Of a stretch of DNA of 42,258 nucleotides, positions 16,548 to 26,118 are shown piece by piece. How positions within the stretch are numbered: position 1 is the stretch's first letter; every line of letters starts with the position of its first letter. Both the position numbers and the translations under genes were made by a program. Source of the DNA: a virus. Taxonomy: Duplodnaviria; Caudoviricetes. The stretch lies in the IMG/VR virus record IMGVR_UViG_3300021791_000003, positions 1-42,258 of that record, one strand, 5' to 3'. The notes beneath the pieces were generated by a model. The model was not told where the DNA came from, did no database searches, and was given only the letters and a program-made list of their open reading frames with translations.

Positions 16548-19013
16548 TTAAATTAAGACACAATCAATAGATATGGTTCGACCCCAAGGCTCCTCACAAA
16601 CCTCTTCAGGTGGAACAGGGCCGCATTGACATTCAACTAAAAAGCAATCATCTGCTATTTCCACCCAACCCTCAAATTCGTCACAGGAGAACGCACATTG
16701 ATTTACCGAACATCCAGCAACAGCCCGAAGATCCTGTTCATACGTTGAATGTAATTGAGCGATGTCACCTTGAATACACACAATTCCCGATAAGTCTTGA
16801 CTATAAGTTTCAAACGTTTGGGCGACATCACCTCCTATATGCACCTTAACGGTGGAATCTTGAGAGGAACTACTGTAGGTTTGAGCAACGTCACCATTTC
16901 TTACAGGAAGTGCAACTGTTGTAGATTCAAGATCCTGAGAAAGACTATTATAAGTTTGATCTACATCTCCAGAAACAACAGTTACAGATGAGAGATCTTG
17001 ATAGTGTCCAGCATAAAGACTATCACCATTTACTCTCAAGAGAGTTTCTGAGGCTACATCTTGATTAAATTCTGAGTAAGCTTGAGCAACGTCACTATTC
17101 AAGGAGATTTGAATATTTACAGCAACTAAATCTTGATCAAATATCGAGTGATCCTGAGAAGCTGTTATATTTACTTCAACTGAGGACTGAATATCTTGTT
17201 CTATGGTTGAATGATTTTGAGAAATATCCCCATCTGCAGCTATCTCAGTTAAAGTCTCTTGCTGAAAGGATGAATGATCTTGAGTAATATCCGAATTACG
17301 TTCAGTAGTTGAATTGATACTTTGAGAATAGGTACTATGAGTTTGAGAAACATCCCCTAGAGATTCAGAAGTTGCAGCAGCGACATCTTGAGAAAAAGTT
17401 CTATGAATGGGAAGTCCGTCGTATAATATTGTTTCTCCCTCAGCTAAAACATCCTGATTAAATACCGAATGGTCTTGAGCAACATCTCCCATAGTATCAA
17501 AAACTGAAATATTAGCATCCTGAGAATACTTAATATAGTGCTGTTCTGCTGAAGAATTCCTATCCGACCCAACAGTTACTTCTTGTTCAAAAGTAGTCCA
17601 AATAGGATTTCCATAAATAATGGACTCATTAACAATACTTCCAATTTGTTCAAAAGTAGAATGATCTTGAGCTGCATCGCTGTCTATATTGGGAAGAGTG
17701 GTTGAGGAGGCTTCTTGTTCAAAAGTAGAGTGATCTTGATTTATAGTATAAGTTCTAGCACTATCTACAGAAATATCTTGATCAAAAGTAGAATAAGTTT
17801 GGTTAATAACGGAAGATAAGTCAGCTGTCGTCGTTACAAAAAGAAATTGATCAAAAGTAGAATGCGTCTGAGCAACGTCTCCGGAATAAAGAACTAAAGA
17901 AATTAAACCCTGTTCAAAAGTAGAATGGTCTTGAAAGCCTCCTCCGGAGGCGTCAATAATAACATTAAGGTCTTGAAACTGGGCACTATATCGTTGCCTA
18001 GAACCTCCAATTTTTGTTGAGATTGTAGGAGGGAGAAGGCACTCAGATTCAATACTTTGACTTTCTAAAGTTAGAGTTAAATCATCATAAATGATTAAAC
18101 AGTCAGGGAGGACTGTATTGAAATCGGCATAATAAGTTCCTCTCGTAGGGCAAGCTCCTCCTCCAAATGTTACATATATATAAACTCTCCAGGTCTCACT
18201 ATCAAGTTGTCTAGGAGTATGTACAACAATCTCCAACGCTTTACTTGCAAGAGGAGGTGGACAATTTAAAAAATCTACAGATCTCCATGAACAAGGACTT
18301 GATATCCACCTAGTAGGATAGTACGTTCCAGCAATTGATGCACAGCAATTATCGCCACCCTCAAAACAATCTTGAAATGAAATTCCAGTTGAAGGAATCG
18401 TTACTTCAATAACTGGTAAATCAATCGGGGCATTAATAGCGTCTTCACAAGTAGGACAGGATATCCCATTACAATGTATAATTAGATCAAAAGTAGAATC
18501 ACACCCGCCTCCGCATTCCGATATTGTAAATTCTAAATCATCTAATATGGGAACACAGTCTAACTTTCCGGGAGTACAATTCGGGTCATCAGGATCGCAA
18601 TTACACTGAGAAGAACTCCATGGAATGACCATAGGGTCTGGATCAGGGGCACAGCCCTCTGATAGTGAGTTCCTATTCGTAATAACTGTGATCGTCCATT
18701 CAGAATTCTGTACTGAACACTGAACACGTATCGTCAGTGTCATATCATCTGTGACAACTACTCCACAACTTCTAGGAGTAGTTTGCCCTTGCCAGTATAG
18801 TCCTGAGGGAACTAATTCAACTCTTTCCCCGTCCCAAATGCCTCCGTCTATATCACAATATAGAGTATCTCCAAGTGTTTGTTGAGGGTTTAGATCGCAA
18901 CAAGTGTTGGAAGCGGGAGGAGGCTCTAAACAAGGTGCGACCCTTGTTAGAGACCCTTTTACTGTACGAGAAATTCTCGTATTTCGGATAGCTCTTAATT
19001 TAGTTGGAGCCAT
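16548..19013 (-). CDS. Tail fibre/adhesin-like protein: Cys-rich N-terminus, about 20 QxHSTFxQ repeats, Cys-rich C-terminal cap
   Basis: Repeats of about 22-26 aa visible in the translation; located in the tail cluster. Confidence 0.65.
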   Translation of the reverse strand: MAPTKLRAIRNTRISRTVKGSLTRVAPCLEPPPASNTCCDLNPQQTLGDTLYCDIDGGIWDGERVELVPSGLYWQGQTTPRSCGVVVTDDMTLTIRVQCSVQNSEWTITVITNRNSLSEGCAPDPDPMVIPWSSSQCNCDPDDPNCTPGKLDCVPILDDLEFTISECGGGCDSTFDLIIHCNGISCPTCEDAINAPIDLPVIEVTIPSTGISFQDCFEGGDNCCASIAGTYYPTRWISSPCSWRSVDFLNCPPPLASKALEIVVHTPRQLDSETWRVYIYVTFGGGACPTRGTYYADFNTVLPDCLIIYDDLTLTLESQSIESECLLPPTISTKIGGSRQRYSAQFQDLNVIIDASGGGFQDHSTFEQGLISLVLYSGDVAQTHSTFDQFLFVTTTADLSSVINQTYSTFDQDISVDSARTYTINQDHSTFEQEASSTTLPNIDSDAAQDHSTFEQIGSIVNESIIYGNPIWTTFEQEVTVGSDRNSSAEQHYIKYSQDANISVFDTMGDVAQDHSVFNQDVLAEGETILYDGLPIHRTFSQDVAAATSESLGDVSQTHSTYSQSINSTTERNSDITQDHSSFQQETLTEIAADGDISQNHSTIEQDIQSSVEVNITASQDHSIFDQDLVAVNIQISLNSDVAQAYSEFNQDVASETLLRVNGDSLYAGHYQDLSSVTVVSGDVDQTYNSLSQDLESTTVALPVRNGDVAQTYSSSSQDSTVKVHIGGDVAQTFETYSQDLSGIVCIQGDIAQLHSTYEQDLRAVAGCSVNQCAFSCDEFEGWVEIADDCFLVECQCGPVPPEEVCEEPWGRTISIDCVLI

Positions 19014-19014
19014 T

Positions 19015-19392
19015 TTAAATTACGAGAGTAGTTCCACCAATAGAAATCTCTACTGAATTAATAGACAGAGTATCTTGCGGAGCCCCGAACTCAACTCTAT
19101 TGATTAATAGCCAGGTATCAGTATTTTTATCAAAGACATAAAATAAAGAAATTCGCTCTAGAACTGTAATTAAAGTTCCTGTACTTTTATTAGCATTATC
19201 AGGATCTTCAATCCAGTTTGAGCCGACATCTAATACTACAGTAGAACTAGGAGATGTAGAATTCCTTATTCCAATCTGATCTCCCCCACGCGCCGGAATA
19301 CCATGACCTGTACCTCCTGGGAAGACAAGAGTGGGTGAGATTCCCGTATCTACAGGATAAAACTTACTGTGATATAAAAGTGTAGTTGCCAT
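19015..19392 (-). CDS. T4 gp9/gp10-like baseplate/fibre-attachment domain protein
   Basis: VDT...LVFP...GDQIGIR...LFYVF...TW; paralogous to the next gene. Confidence 0.5.
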   Translation of the reverse strand: MATTLLYHSKFYPVDTGISPTLVFPGGTGHGIPARGGDQIGIRNSTSPSSTVVLDVGSNWIEDPDNANKSTGTLITVLERISLFYVFDKNTDTWLLINRVEFGAPQDTLSINSVEISIGGTTLVI

Positions 19393-19728
19393 TTATGCTG
19401 AAATAATGGGTTGAGGCTCTAGTCGAGTTCTCGGAGACAAGTCTCCTACAATAACCCAACTATCTCTCTCTATGGCATAAATGAAAGACATCGATCTCCC
19501 ATTCATATTTAAAGAAACAGTTGCACTTAAAGTATCTTGTTCAGTTAACTCTAAATCTCTACCATTCCCATCAAAAGTGACTAAAGTTTCATCTCTATTC
19601 ACAGCTCGAACGGTGAAAGAATCTCCTTCAAAAGGATTAGCTGGAAATTCGATAGTCCAGGGTCCTCTTGCATCTCCAGGATCAACACTTATTAAAGTAT
19701 CGTCAGCTATTTGATGAGTTATTGCCAT
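19393..19728 (-). CDS. T4 gp9/gp10-like baseplate/fibre-attachment domain protein
   Basis: VDP...TIEFPANPFEGDSFTV...DGNG...SFIY...SW. Confidence 0.6.
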   Translation of the reverse strand: MAITHQIADDTLISVDPGDARGPWTIEFPANPFEGDSFTVRAVNRDETLVTFDGNGRDLELTEQDTLSATVSLNMNGRSMSFIYAIERDSWVIVGDLSPRTRLEPQPIISA

Positions 19729-19731
19729 TAT

Positions 19732-20532
19732 TTAAGGAGAGATTGTTTTAGCAACTCCACAGTCCTGTAATTGAGCAGGAAACATAGAATATCTTGCAGT
19801 ATCAACATACGGCCAATTTACCATTTCAAATATATAGACTACAGTGTCACCTTTAAGGGTCACCCCTGTGTTATTTTTAACGTTCGATAAAGAATCTCCG
19901 ACAACGGCAGAAAGATTCTCATTAAAGATAGGAACAGTAACCTCTCCTCCAGAAACTACATCACCGCTTAGTCTGCCTAAGTGAATAGTTGCCGCCTCAG
20001 ATTTCCCTCCTAATCCATATACATAAACGAATGTCTCGGTAGCGTCTGGCTTAGATAAGCAGAGTAGTCCTGTTCTAAGTTTTGAAACGTGTCCTGTTGT
20101 ATTATTTGGTCCGCATTCTTTTCCAACTTCAGGAACGTCTGTGATATCATATCGAACTTTAGTAAAGAATTGACCTATCCTAACTGCTGTAAAGGTTTCC
20201 CCATTGGAAACTTTCGTTCCTCCGTTAGTAATTAAAACAGGTGAGCCTATAAAATCTATAACATTCTGTACAACAGGTTCAATAAAATTAACTACAAGAG
20301 ACTGTGCCTCCTCTAGCTGTCCAATTGAATAAGGTAATAAATCTCCAGTCCCTACCCACCTTCCTGTGAAGGATGGTTCGCTCCATCCTACATCTGTTTG
20401 AACGCCTTGAGCAAGTCCATCATCAAATCCAGTAGAAGTACTTGTTACGCTCTGCAATCTAAGTATTAATTCATTCCATTCATCTGCAGTGACGTAATCC
20501 CCTGAATGTTTTAGTTGTAGAGTAGATACCAT
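19732..20532 (-). CDS. Putative minor tail protein
   Basis: N-terminal GDYVTADEWNELI, characteristic of tail-tip/fibre N-termini; downstream of the tape measure. Confidence 0.55.
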   Translation of the reverse strand: MVSTLQLKHSGDYVTADEWNELILRLQSVTSTSTGFDDGLAQGVQTDVGWSEPSFTGRWVGTGDLLPYSIGQLEEAQSLVVNFIEPVVQNVIDFIGSPVLITNGGTKVSNGETFTAVRIGQFFTKVRYDITDVPEVGKECGPNNTTGHVSKLRTGLLCLSKPDATETFVYVYGLGGKSEAATIHLGRLSGDVVSGGEVTVPIFNENLSAVVGDSLSNVKNNTGVTLKGDTVVYIFEMVNWPYVDTARYSMFPAQLQDCGVAKTISP

Positions 20533-20537
20533 TTTAT

Positions 20538-21542
20538 TTAACTAATAACAGGTAATGGAGGAATATTAGAGAGAGGCAAGGGAACTGGAGGTTTCTGTAA
20601 CTTCTCTGACTCCGAATTTGAAAGAAAAGGAGCGTGATTCAATTCAGGAAAGGGTTCATAAATCTCATCCTTTCCCCTAAGAGTTAATGATTCCCAACTT
20701 CCTCTTTTTTTAGACTTACCTTCCTTTTCTGGCCTCCAAAACTTATTATGACCTTCTGGCCTAAATAACCATCTTAACTTAAAACGATAACCCCTTCTCC
20801 AAGCTTTCCTAGGTGTTTCATCAGGGATATCGCTTGGAATTGAAACAAACTGAGGCCCATCATTGATTACAGGATCCATCATTAACAAAGTATTTTCTTT
20901 AAATTTAACGAACTCAGTTCCCTTACCGTCTACCCTTGTATGAATTAAAGAGGACACGTATAATCTATCGTGTACAGTCCCTACCGCTCCTGAACTTGCA
21001 TCATAGGTGCTATCTTCAGTTCCATAGAAGTTATTAGGAAGATCTATTAACATCGCATCAAATTCTTTAACAAACACAAGCCTTCGTAAAGTCTGGGTTA
21101 ATCCCTCTAATCCTTTCGGTTGCTGACCGTCGTCAGGAAATGCTGGATTAGACCACTTAAATAGACTAGGTTCTAATCTTACATTTGTTGTTTGAAATTC
21201 AATACGCTCTCTTGTGGGAGTCCACATTTTATAAGAAACAGTTGCAATACCATTTGCATAATCTATTCCTTGACGTCCCTTGACATACTTCTCCCCTCTT
21301 AATGGAGAAAAACTTATTTCAACAGGAATGGGAAGAAGTTGATCCATCTCAGGAAGAGATACAGTGTATGGCCAAGCTCGGGTATACGGATTTTGTGCTA
21401 AATCGTCTATTAATTTATATCGATCTACCCAATTAATATATAACTCAACAGAACAACTCAAACCAGCAGTAGGAGACCACATCTCCTTTCTACTGTGAGC
21501 TTTTTCTGCACACGGAACTTTAGAAAATTGAATTTCTGGCAT
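20538..21542 (-). CDS. Putative tail-tip/hub protein
   Basis: Immediately downstream of the tape measure gene. Confidence 0.5.
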   Translation of the reverse strand: MPEIQFSKVPCAEKAHSRKEMWSPTAGLSCSVELYINWVDRYKLIDDLAQNPYTRAWPYTVSLPEMDQLLPIPVEISFSPLRGEKYVKGRQGIDYANGIATVSYKMWTPTRERIEFQTTNVRLEPSLFKWSNPAFPDDGQQPKGLEGLTQTLRRLVFVKEFDAMLIDLPNNFYGTEDSTYDASSGAVGTVHDRLYVSSLIHTRVDGKGTEFVKFKENTLLMMDPVINDGPQFVSIPSDIPDETPRKAWRRGYRFKLRWLFRPEGHNKFWRPEKEGKSKKRGSWESLTLRGKDEIYEPFPELNHAPFLSNSESEKLQKPPVPLPLSNIPPLPVIS

Positions 21543-21560
21543 ATTATTGTAGTAATAATA

Positions 21561-23399
21561 CTATAGAAGGTGTGGTAGTACGGCTGAACCTGCTGTAATC
21601 ATTCCAGGTATTGAACGGTCGGGGTCAGCAATAGTTTTAAGTTCTTCCTTAATTTCTTTAAGAACAACTAGTTGTTTTTGAATCGCAGCATCTCCAGGTT
21701 CTTTTGGATCAATTACTTCTTTAACCATCCCAGAGGAGGCTTCCATCATTGAAACTAAAGACGGTTGGAATGAGTCCGCGAACAACCTATTCTTTTCAAT
21801 CGCCGCCGCTTTAGCTGCCTCATCCTCAGTCAGAGGTGTATGGATTGTTGCGGATACTAAGTCTCTTTGAAAGATTTTAAATTGCTTCTCCGATGAGAGC
21901 TGAGCTTTTCCCTGAGCCTGAGCAAATTTCTGTAGGTTTTCTCCCTTTAATAATAGTGATTGTTCAATTTTAGAGAGGCCGTTTATAAAACTATCTACCT
22001 CTATTGTATTAATAAATGAATTTAGCTCATTAAAAAAGTTTATAAGTTTTCCTTGGCCAGATGCATCTCTAAGGGCAGCCATACTACCACTAACTGCATA
22101 GAAATTTTCCTCTAGGCTATTAAGTAAACCAACCACTCCTTGAACGGGAACTACAACTGAAGTAACTAATCCATTTCCCAACTCAGAGAATTCTCTTTGT
22201 AGGGCAATGGTGACTCCACCAGTAGAAGCCAATTGCTTATTTAAATTAGCAATTGCCATCGTCGATCCTCTAAAAGCCTCTGCGGATTCCTTACCTAGGG
22301 CGCTCGTAAGCCCAGTGAGACTATCTTTATAGCTCCGAATTGATTCTGCAGCAAAACTTGAAACATTTCCTGCCTCAAATGCCTGTTTAATCCATGCAGA
22401 TGTCGAAGTTGCCCATAGTTGTAAGGCTTTAATTCCTAAGCCTATTGTAGTAGTTACTGCACCTAAAGCAATTCCAAACCCTTTCATAGAGAATGCAGAA
22501 AATCCTAACTGCATTGACATTTGACCAAGAGCTGGACTTATTGGGGATAGAATCCCTCCAAAAGCTAAAAAGACTTGAGCAGCGTCGCTTATCTGTTCAT
22601 TCACTTTTCTGTTTGGATCAATGGAGTCTAGGAGGCTCTTAGACACGGCATCGATTCCTTGACCGAACCCTTTTAAAGAGGGTAGAGGAGACCGAAATTC
22701 CTTGGGAATTTGACCGGAAATAGCAGGTGGAGCCTTTATTTCCTTTCCAGGAGGGCCGGGTTCTAGTATCTCTCTTCCTAACTCTATAGCAGGTGGAGCC
22801 TTTATTAACTTGGGAGGGCCTGGTTCTAGTATCTCTCTTCCTAACTCTTTTTCTCTTAATCCTAACCTAATTTCTCCCTTTTCCCTTTGCCTCTGCAATC
22901 GTTCCTCATGCCCTGCAATTTTTCCTTGTTGTAGAATATGATCTTCAGCCTCTTGCGCCTTTTCCCTGAGCCTCTGCAATCGTTCCTCACGCCCTACAAT
23001 TTTTCCTTGTTGTAGAATAGGATCTTCAGCCTCTTGCGCCTTTTCCCTGAGCCTCTGCAATCGTTCCTCATGCCCTACAGTTATTCCTTGTTGTAGAATA
23101 GGATCTTCAGCCTCTTCCCCTTTAAATAGCATCTTCTCAAAGTTTTGACGTACTACTTCTCCCATTCCCTCAGCAAATTTTTGCATCACTCCAGGTGGAA
23201 AAGAAGTAAATCCCCCAACACCTGATACGTCCTGAAATCCGCCCCTTCTTCCTTTAAGTTGAACATTAGGTTGAGGCGGAAGTCCTGTCTTTCCCGCCAT
23301 CTTCAACAAAGCCTTTTGCAATACTGGAATCTGAGAAAAAATATCACTAAAATCAGCTTTAGCTTTAATTACTACGTCGTTGGGATTTCCACCGGACAT
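21561..23399 (-). CDS. Tape measure protein
   Basis: Follows the frameshifted chaperone; Ala/Gly/Leu-rich and helical with a central hydrophobic segment. Confidence 0.75.
   Translation of the reverse strand: MSGGNPNDVVIKAKADFSDIFSQIPVLQKALLKMAGKTGLPPQPNVQLKGRRGGFQDVSGVGGFTSFPPGVMQKFAEGMGEVVRQNFEKMLFKGEEAEDPILQQGITVGHEERLQRLREKAQEAEDPILQQGKIVGREERLQRLREKAQEAEDHILQQGKIAGHEERLQRQREKGEIRLGLREKELGREILEPGPPKLIKAPPAIELGREILEPGPPGKEIKAPPAISGQIPKEFRSPLPSLKGFGQGIDAVSKSLLDSIDPNRKVNEQISDAAQVFLAFGGILSPISPALGQMSMQLGFSAFSMKGFGIALGAVTTTIGLGIKALQLWATSTSAWIKQAFEAGNVSSFAAESIRSYKDSLTGLTSALGKESAEAFRGSTMAIANLNKQLASTGGVTIALQREFSELGNGLVTSVVVPVQGVVGLLNSLEENFYAVSGSMAALRDASGQGKLINFFNELNSFINTIEVDSFINGLSKIEQSLLLKGENLQKFAQAQGKAQLSSEKQFKIFQRDLVSATIHTPLTEDEAAKAAAIEKNRLFADSFQPSLVSMMEASSGMVKEVIDPKEPGDAAIQKQLVVLKEIKEELKTIADPDRSIPGMITAGSAVLPHLL
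22721..22848. repeat. About 63-66-bp tandem duplication inside the tape measure gene
   Basis: Encodes ELGREILEPGPP..IKAPPAI twice. Confidence 0.85.
22878..23116. repeat. 81-bp tandem repeat x3 inside the tape measure gene
   Basis: CCTCTGCAAT recurs at 22890, 22971 and 23052; encodes EAEDPILQQG...EERLQRLREK. Confidence 0.9.
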
Positions 23400-23553
23400 A
23401 TTCTTCGTTAGTCCTAAATACTTGGATCGTTCCTATACTTCCACCTAACATCAAATACTGTAAGGCAGAGGACATTCCTGAAATTTGATCCGGAGTATAT
23501 CCATACTTCTCTGCAAGAAGTCGATATACCTCGGATTTACTTAGTTTTTTCCC
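23365..23553 (-). CDS. -1 frameshift extension of the tail chaperone (gpGT-like)
   Basis: The -1 frame is open from the slippery heptamer (23553-23547): GKKLSKSEVYRLLAEKYGYTPDQISGMS...RWKSQRRSN*. Confidence 0.8.
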   Translation of the reverse strand, partial: GKKLSKSEVYRLLAEKYGYTPDQISGMSSALQYLMLGGSIGTIQVFRTNEEYVRWKSQRRSN

Positions 23554-24020
23554 GATCCTCCTGTATTTGAACTTTCAACCGCTCCAACGAATTCATTGAA
23601 ATGCTCAAATACCTCAGAGACCGCTTTAACATTATGAGCCTGTTTCATAGAATTTAAAATCCACTCTTCCGTTAATTCAGAGTGGTTAGCTCTTAACATC
23701 ATCCAAGCAATTTTTGTAATTCCTTGAGGAGTATTTATGAAGGGAAGACCTAACTCGTTTCCCCAATTTACTTGAATGACCGTTTTCATTGCATCTGAAC
23801 GGAAACCGGACTGATCTGCCGGAGGCAATAAATCAATAGCTTCCTTTACTGTTTTTAAGTATTGAGCTTTAACCCAGACATTTAACTCTGTAAAGTCTCT
23901 GTCTGTTGGAGCCTTCGCTCTTAAATCTCTCCCATTAACATTTAATGGAACGTCTGCATTGGTTAAAATTTGAGATTCAATATGACTGTCATGCTCTTTT
24001 TGGACTTTTGCATCAGACAT
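23541..24020 (-). CDS. Tail assembly chaperone (lambda gpG-like)
   Basis: Lies between the tail tube and tape measure; ends GKN* over the slippery sequence G GGA AAA. Confidence 0.8.
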   Translation of the reverse strand: MSDAKVQKEHDSHIESQILTNADVPLNVNGRDLRAKAPTDRDFTELNVWVKAQYLKTVKEAIDLLPPADQSGFRSDAMKTVIQVNWGNELGLPFINTPQGITKIAWMMLRANHSELTEEWILNSMKQAHNVKAVSEVFEHFNEFVGAVESSNTGGSGKN

Positions 24021-24023
24021 CTT

Positions 24024-24893
24024 TTAAGTCGTTCCCCATTTAGTTGTAGGTGTTGGATTAATAATGTGACCCTCTACTCCCCCGACATATCCATTTTTCT
24101 TAAAATTCATAGTTCGACTAATAACTTCTCCAGTTTCAATATTTACATTGAGATCGGAAACCGCATCAAGGTGGCACCATTTTAATGCCCAGAACTCAGT
24201 CGCATTCGTATAAATCCTAATTTGAGAATCCGTTCCAATATCTCCAGGAAAAGAAGTACTAGGGTCTGAAAATTCGGTATTATCTTCTAGGATATCAAGG
24301 TCAAAATCGAGAGGCCCTTGAGTTCTACTTACATAACAATCTGATCCTGAGATAGTTGAAGAATTCACAAAAGTTGGATTTTCAGACCTAAGTCTTAAAT
24401 CTACTCTTGCAATATTATCCCAAGTAACCCAAGCAGGGGTTACATTATAAAATTCTACTTTAATTCCGCAGATCGAAGAAAGATCTGGAACGGAAGTATC
24501 CGAAACATTATCATCTGCCGGGGTAATAGTTAGCGCTCCCTTTGATTCAAAAGTAGTAGTAGATGACATAATTTCATTACTTCGCCAATCCCAAGTAATA
24601 GCAACTTCACTTACAATAGCGAGTCCTGACCAAGTCACTCCTGTTCCTGTTGAACTTCCATCAGCTGCTCCGCAAAAACCTTTAAATGTGAATGTATCTC
24701 CAGGAAATAATGCAGGGAATGAAGTGATCTGTTCAAATGAACCTGACCAGTCTTCTACTCCTTTAACTCTACCGGTTCCTAAATTTGTATTACTAGCGCG
24801 ATAAGAGGGGGCATTAGATTGAACTCCAATACTCCAATTTCTCACTCCAGTGTGTGAATCAACCGCGCCATACTTTCCAGATAAAGCTGCCAT
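24024..24893 (-). CDS. Major tail tube protein
   Basis: MAALSGKYG...VRNWSI...GVEDWSGSFE pattern; Ser/Thr-rich; consistent position. Confidence 0.75.
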   Translation of the reverse strand: MAALSGKYGAVDSHTGVRNWSIGVQSNAPSYRASNTNLGTGRVKGVEDWSGSFEQITSFPALFPGDTFTFKGFCGAADGSSTGTGVTWSGLAIVSEVAITWDWRSNEIMSSTTTFESKGALTITPADDNVSDTSVPDLSSICGIKVEFYNVTPAWVTWDNIARVDLRLRSENPTFVNSSTISGSDCYVSRTQGPLDFDLDILEDNTEFSDPSTSFPGDIGTDSQIRIYTNATEFWALKWCHLDAVSDLNVNIETGEVISRTMNFKKNGYVGGVEGHIINPTPTTKWGTT

Positions 24894-24907
24894 TAGTAGT
24901 CCTCTAA

Positions 24908-25438
24908 TTACGGTGGGAGTATTCTTAACTTATCCGTTGCAAATTGCATTTGAACTTCCATAGTCCAGAGAGAAGTCCAACCTAATATTCCTTTTTCAGT
25001 ACTAGCTAAATCTCCGGGAGGAGAATCGTTTGAATCTATTAAGAGTGCTTGCAGAATGAAGGGTTCTCCATCCCATTTTAATCCACAAAGATGGTTCTCC
25101 CAATCTAACATAGATCGAAATAATTCCCAAGAGACTTGATTTAAAACTGCATTAACTCTTTGATCTCCAGTTGCAAGCCCCCAAATATACTGCCTACTCA
25201 ATCTAGTACTGGAGGATGTTGCTTTTAAGTTATAGGTTGTTGAATTCTGAAATAGAATCAGCTCAGGAGTGTCTGAGGTGCTGATTGATTTCTTTTGTCC
25301 TACTCTCTTCTCAAACTTCTCTTTATTTCCTATGTCTAACCATTTTTCCAATACATAATTAGCCTCTGCCATTTGCCATAGCTTATCATAAACTATGGTA
25401 AAAGGATTTTCGTATTCAGAAGGGAGGGGTGCTGGCAT
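24908..25438 (-). CDS. Putative tail terminator/completion protein
   Basis: Lies between the neck gene and tail tube; typical size. Confidence 0.55.
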   Translation of the reverse strand: MPAPLPSEYENPFTIVYDKLWQMAEANYVLEKWLDIGNKEKFEKRVGQKKSISTSDTPELILFQNSTTYNLKATSSSTRLSRQYIWGLATGDQRVNAVLNQVSWELFRSMLDWENHLCGLKWDGEPFILQALLIDSNDSPPGDLASTEKGILGWTSLWTMEVQMQFATDKLRILPP

Positions 25439-25439
25439 T

Positions 25440-25985
25440 TTAATTATCTTTAGTATTCTTATTAATAGCAGAGATTATTATTTTTCTCATTTCTTTCATC
25501 AAGGATTTAGATGGGGGAACTACTATCTTTCTAGAGGGTAGAGTGGGTGTGCCTCTAGAGTGAAGTTCTGCTAATTCTCTATTTGTACCATATCTACTCG
25601 GAGTTCTTCTTCCAGGAGTCGTATGCTTTCTATTTGAAATATATCCAACTAGGATACTTCTTTTGTATATTCTTTTTTCTAGACCGTTATATAGTGAATC
25701 ATACTCCCTTAATATCGCTTCAGGGGTAGGAGATCCTGTCTTAGATTTTTTCGCAATTGTACTCCCTTTTAACTCTTCCCAATCTGCTCCAGATAAATAT
25801 CTTCTTTTTAGAAATTTTAAATATGCATCAGCAATTCCTGTCAAAGCTTCTCTGGGTATCTGATTATTATATTTTGAAACGAGGGTTTTAATCTTAGCTT
25901 GAGCCTGGCTCGTATCAACGTCAAAAGTGACTCCACGACGAAAGGAATTGATAAAATTCCGGAAAGTGTACCATAGCGGTATCAT
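25440..25985 (-). CDS. Virion morphogenesis/tail completion protein (Mu gpG / P2 gpS-like)
   Basis: WEELKGSTIAKK...IL...AELH..GT..LPSR. Start moved to the ATG at 25985, which has an AAGGA RBS. Confidence 0.7.
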   Translation of the reverse strand: MIPLWYTFRNFINSFRRGVTFDVDTSQAQAKIKTLVSKYNNQIPREALTGIADAYLKFLKRRYLSGADWEELKGSTIAKKSKTGSPTPEAILREYDSLYNGLEKRIYKRSILVGYISNRKHTTPGRRTPSRYGTNRELAELHSRGTPTLPSRKIVVPPSKSLMKEMRKIIISAINKNTKDN

Positions 25986-26039
25986 GATCAGTTCCTTACC
26001 GCCCGGCTTCCAGCCGCAACGTAGGCATAATATATTATG

Positions 26040-26098
26040 AAAAGTAGCCCTCTCCGTCACACAAGAGAGAAGTCCAACAATCAAGGTGACGGAGAGGG
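26040..26098 (-). terminator. Intrinsic terminator-like hairpin after the major capsid gene
   Basis: 13-bp perfect stem CCCTCTCCGTCAC/GTGACGGAGAGGG, 25-nt loop, followed by CTACTTTT on the - strand. Confidence 0.65.
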
Positions 26099-26118
26099 GG
26101 AAGCTAAGTTAATCTAAG

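Noticed and set aside
25986-26084. TTG-started extension of ORF 25440-26084
   Set aside because: It runs through the terminator hairpin; the ATG at 25985 has a proper RBS.
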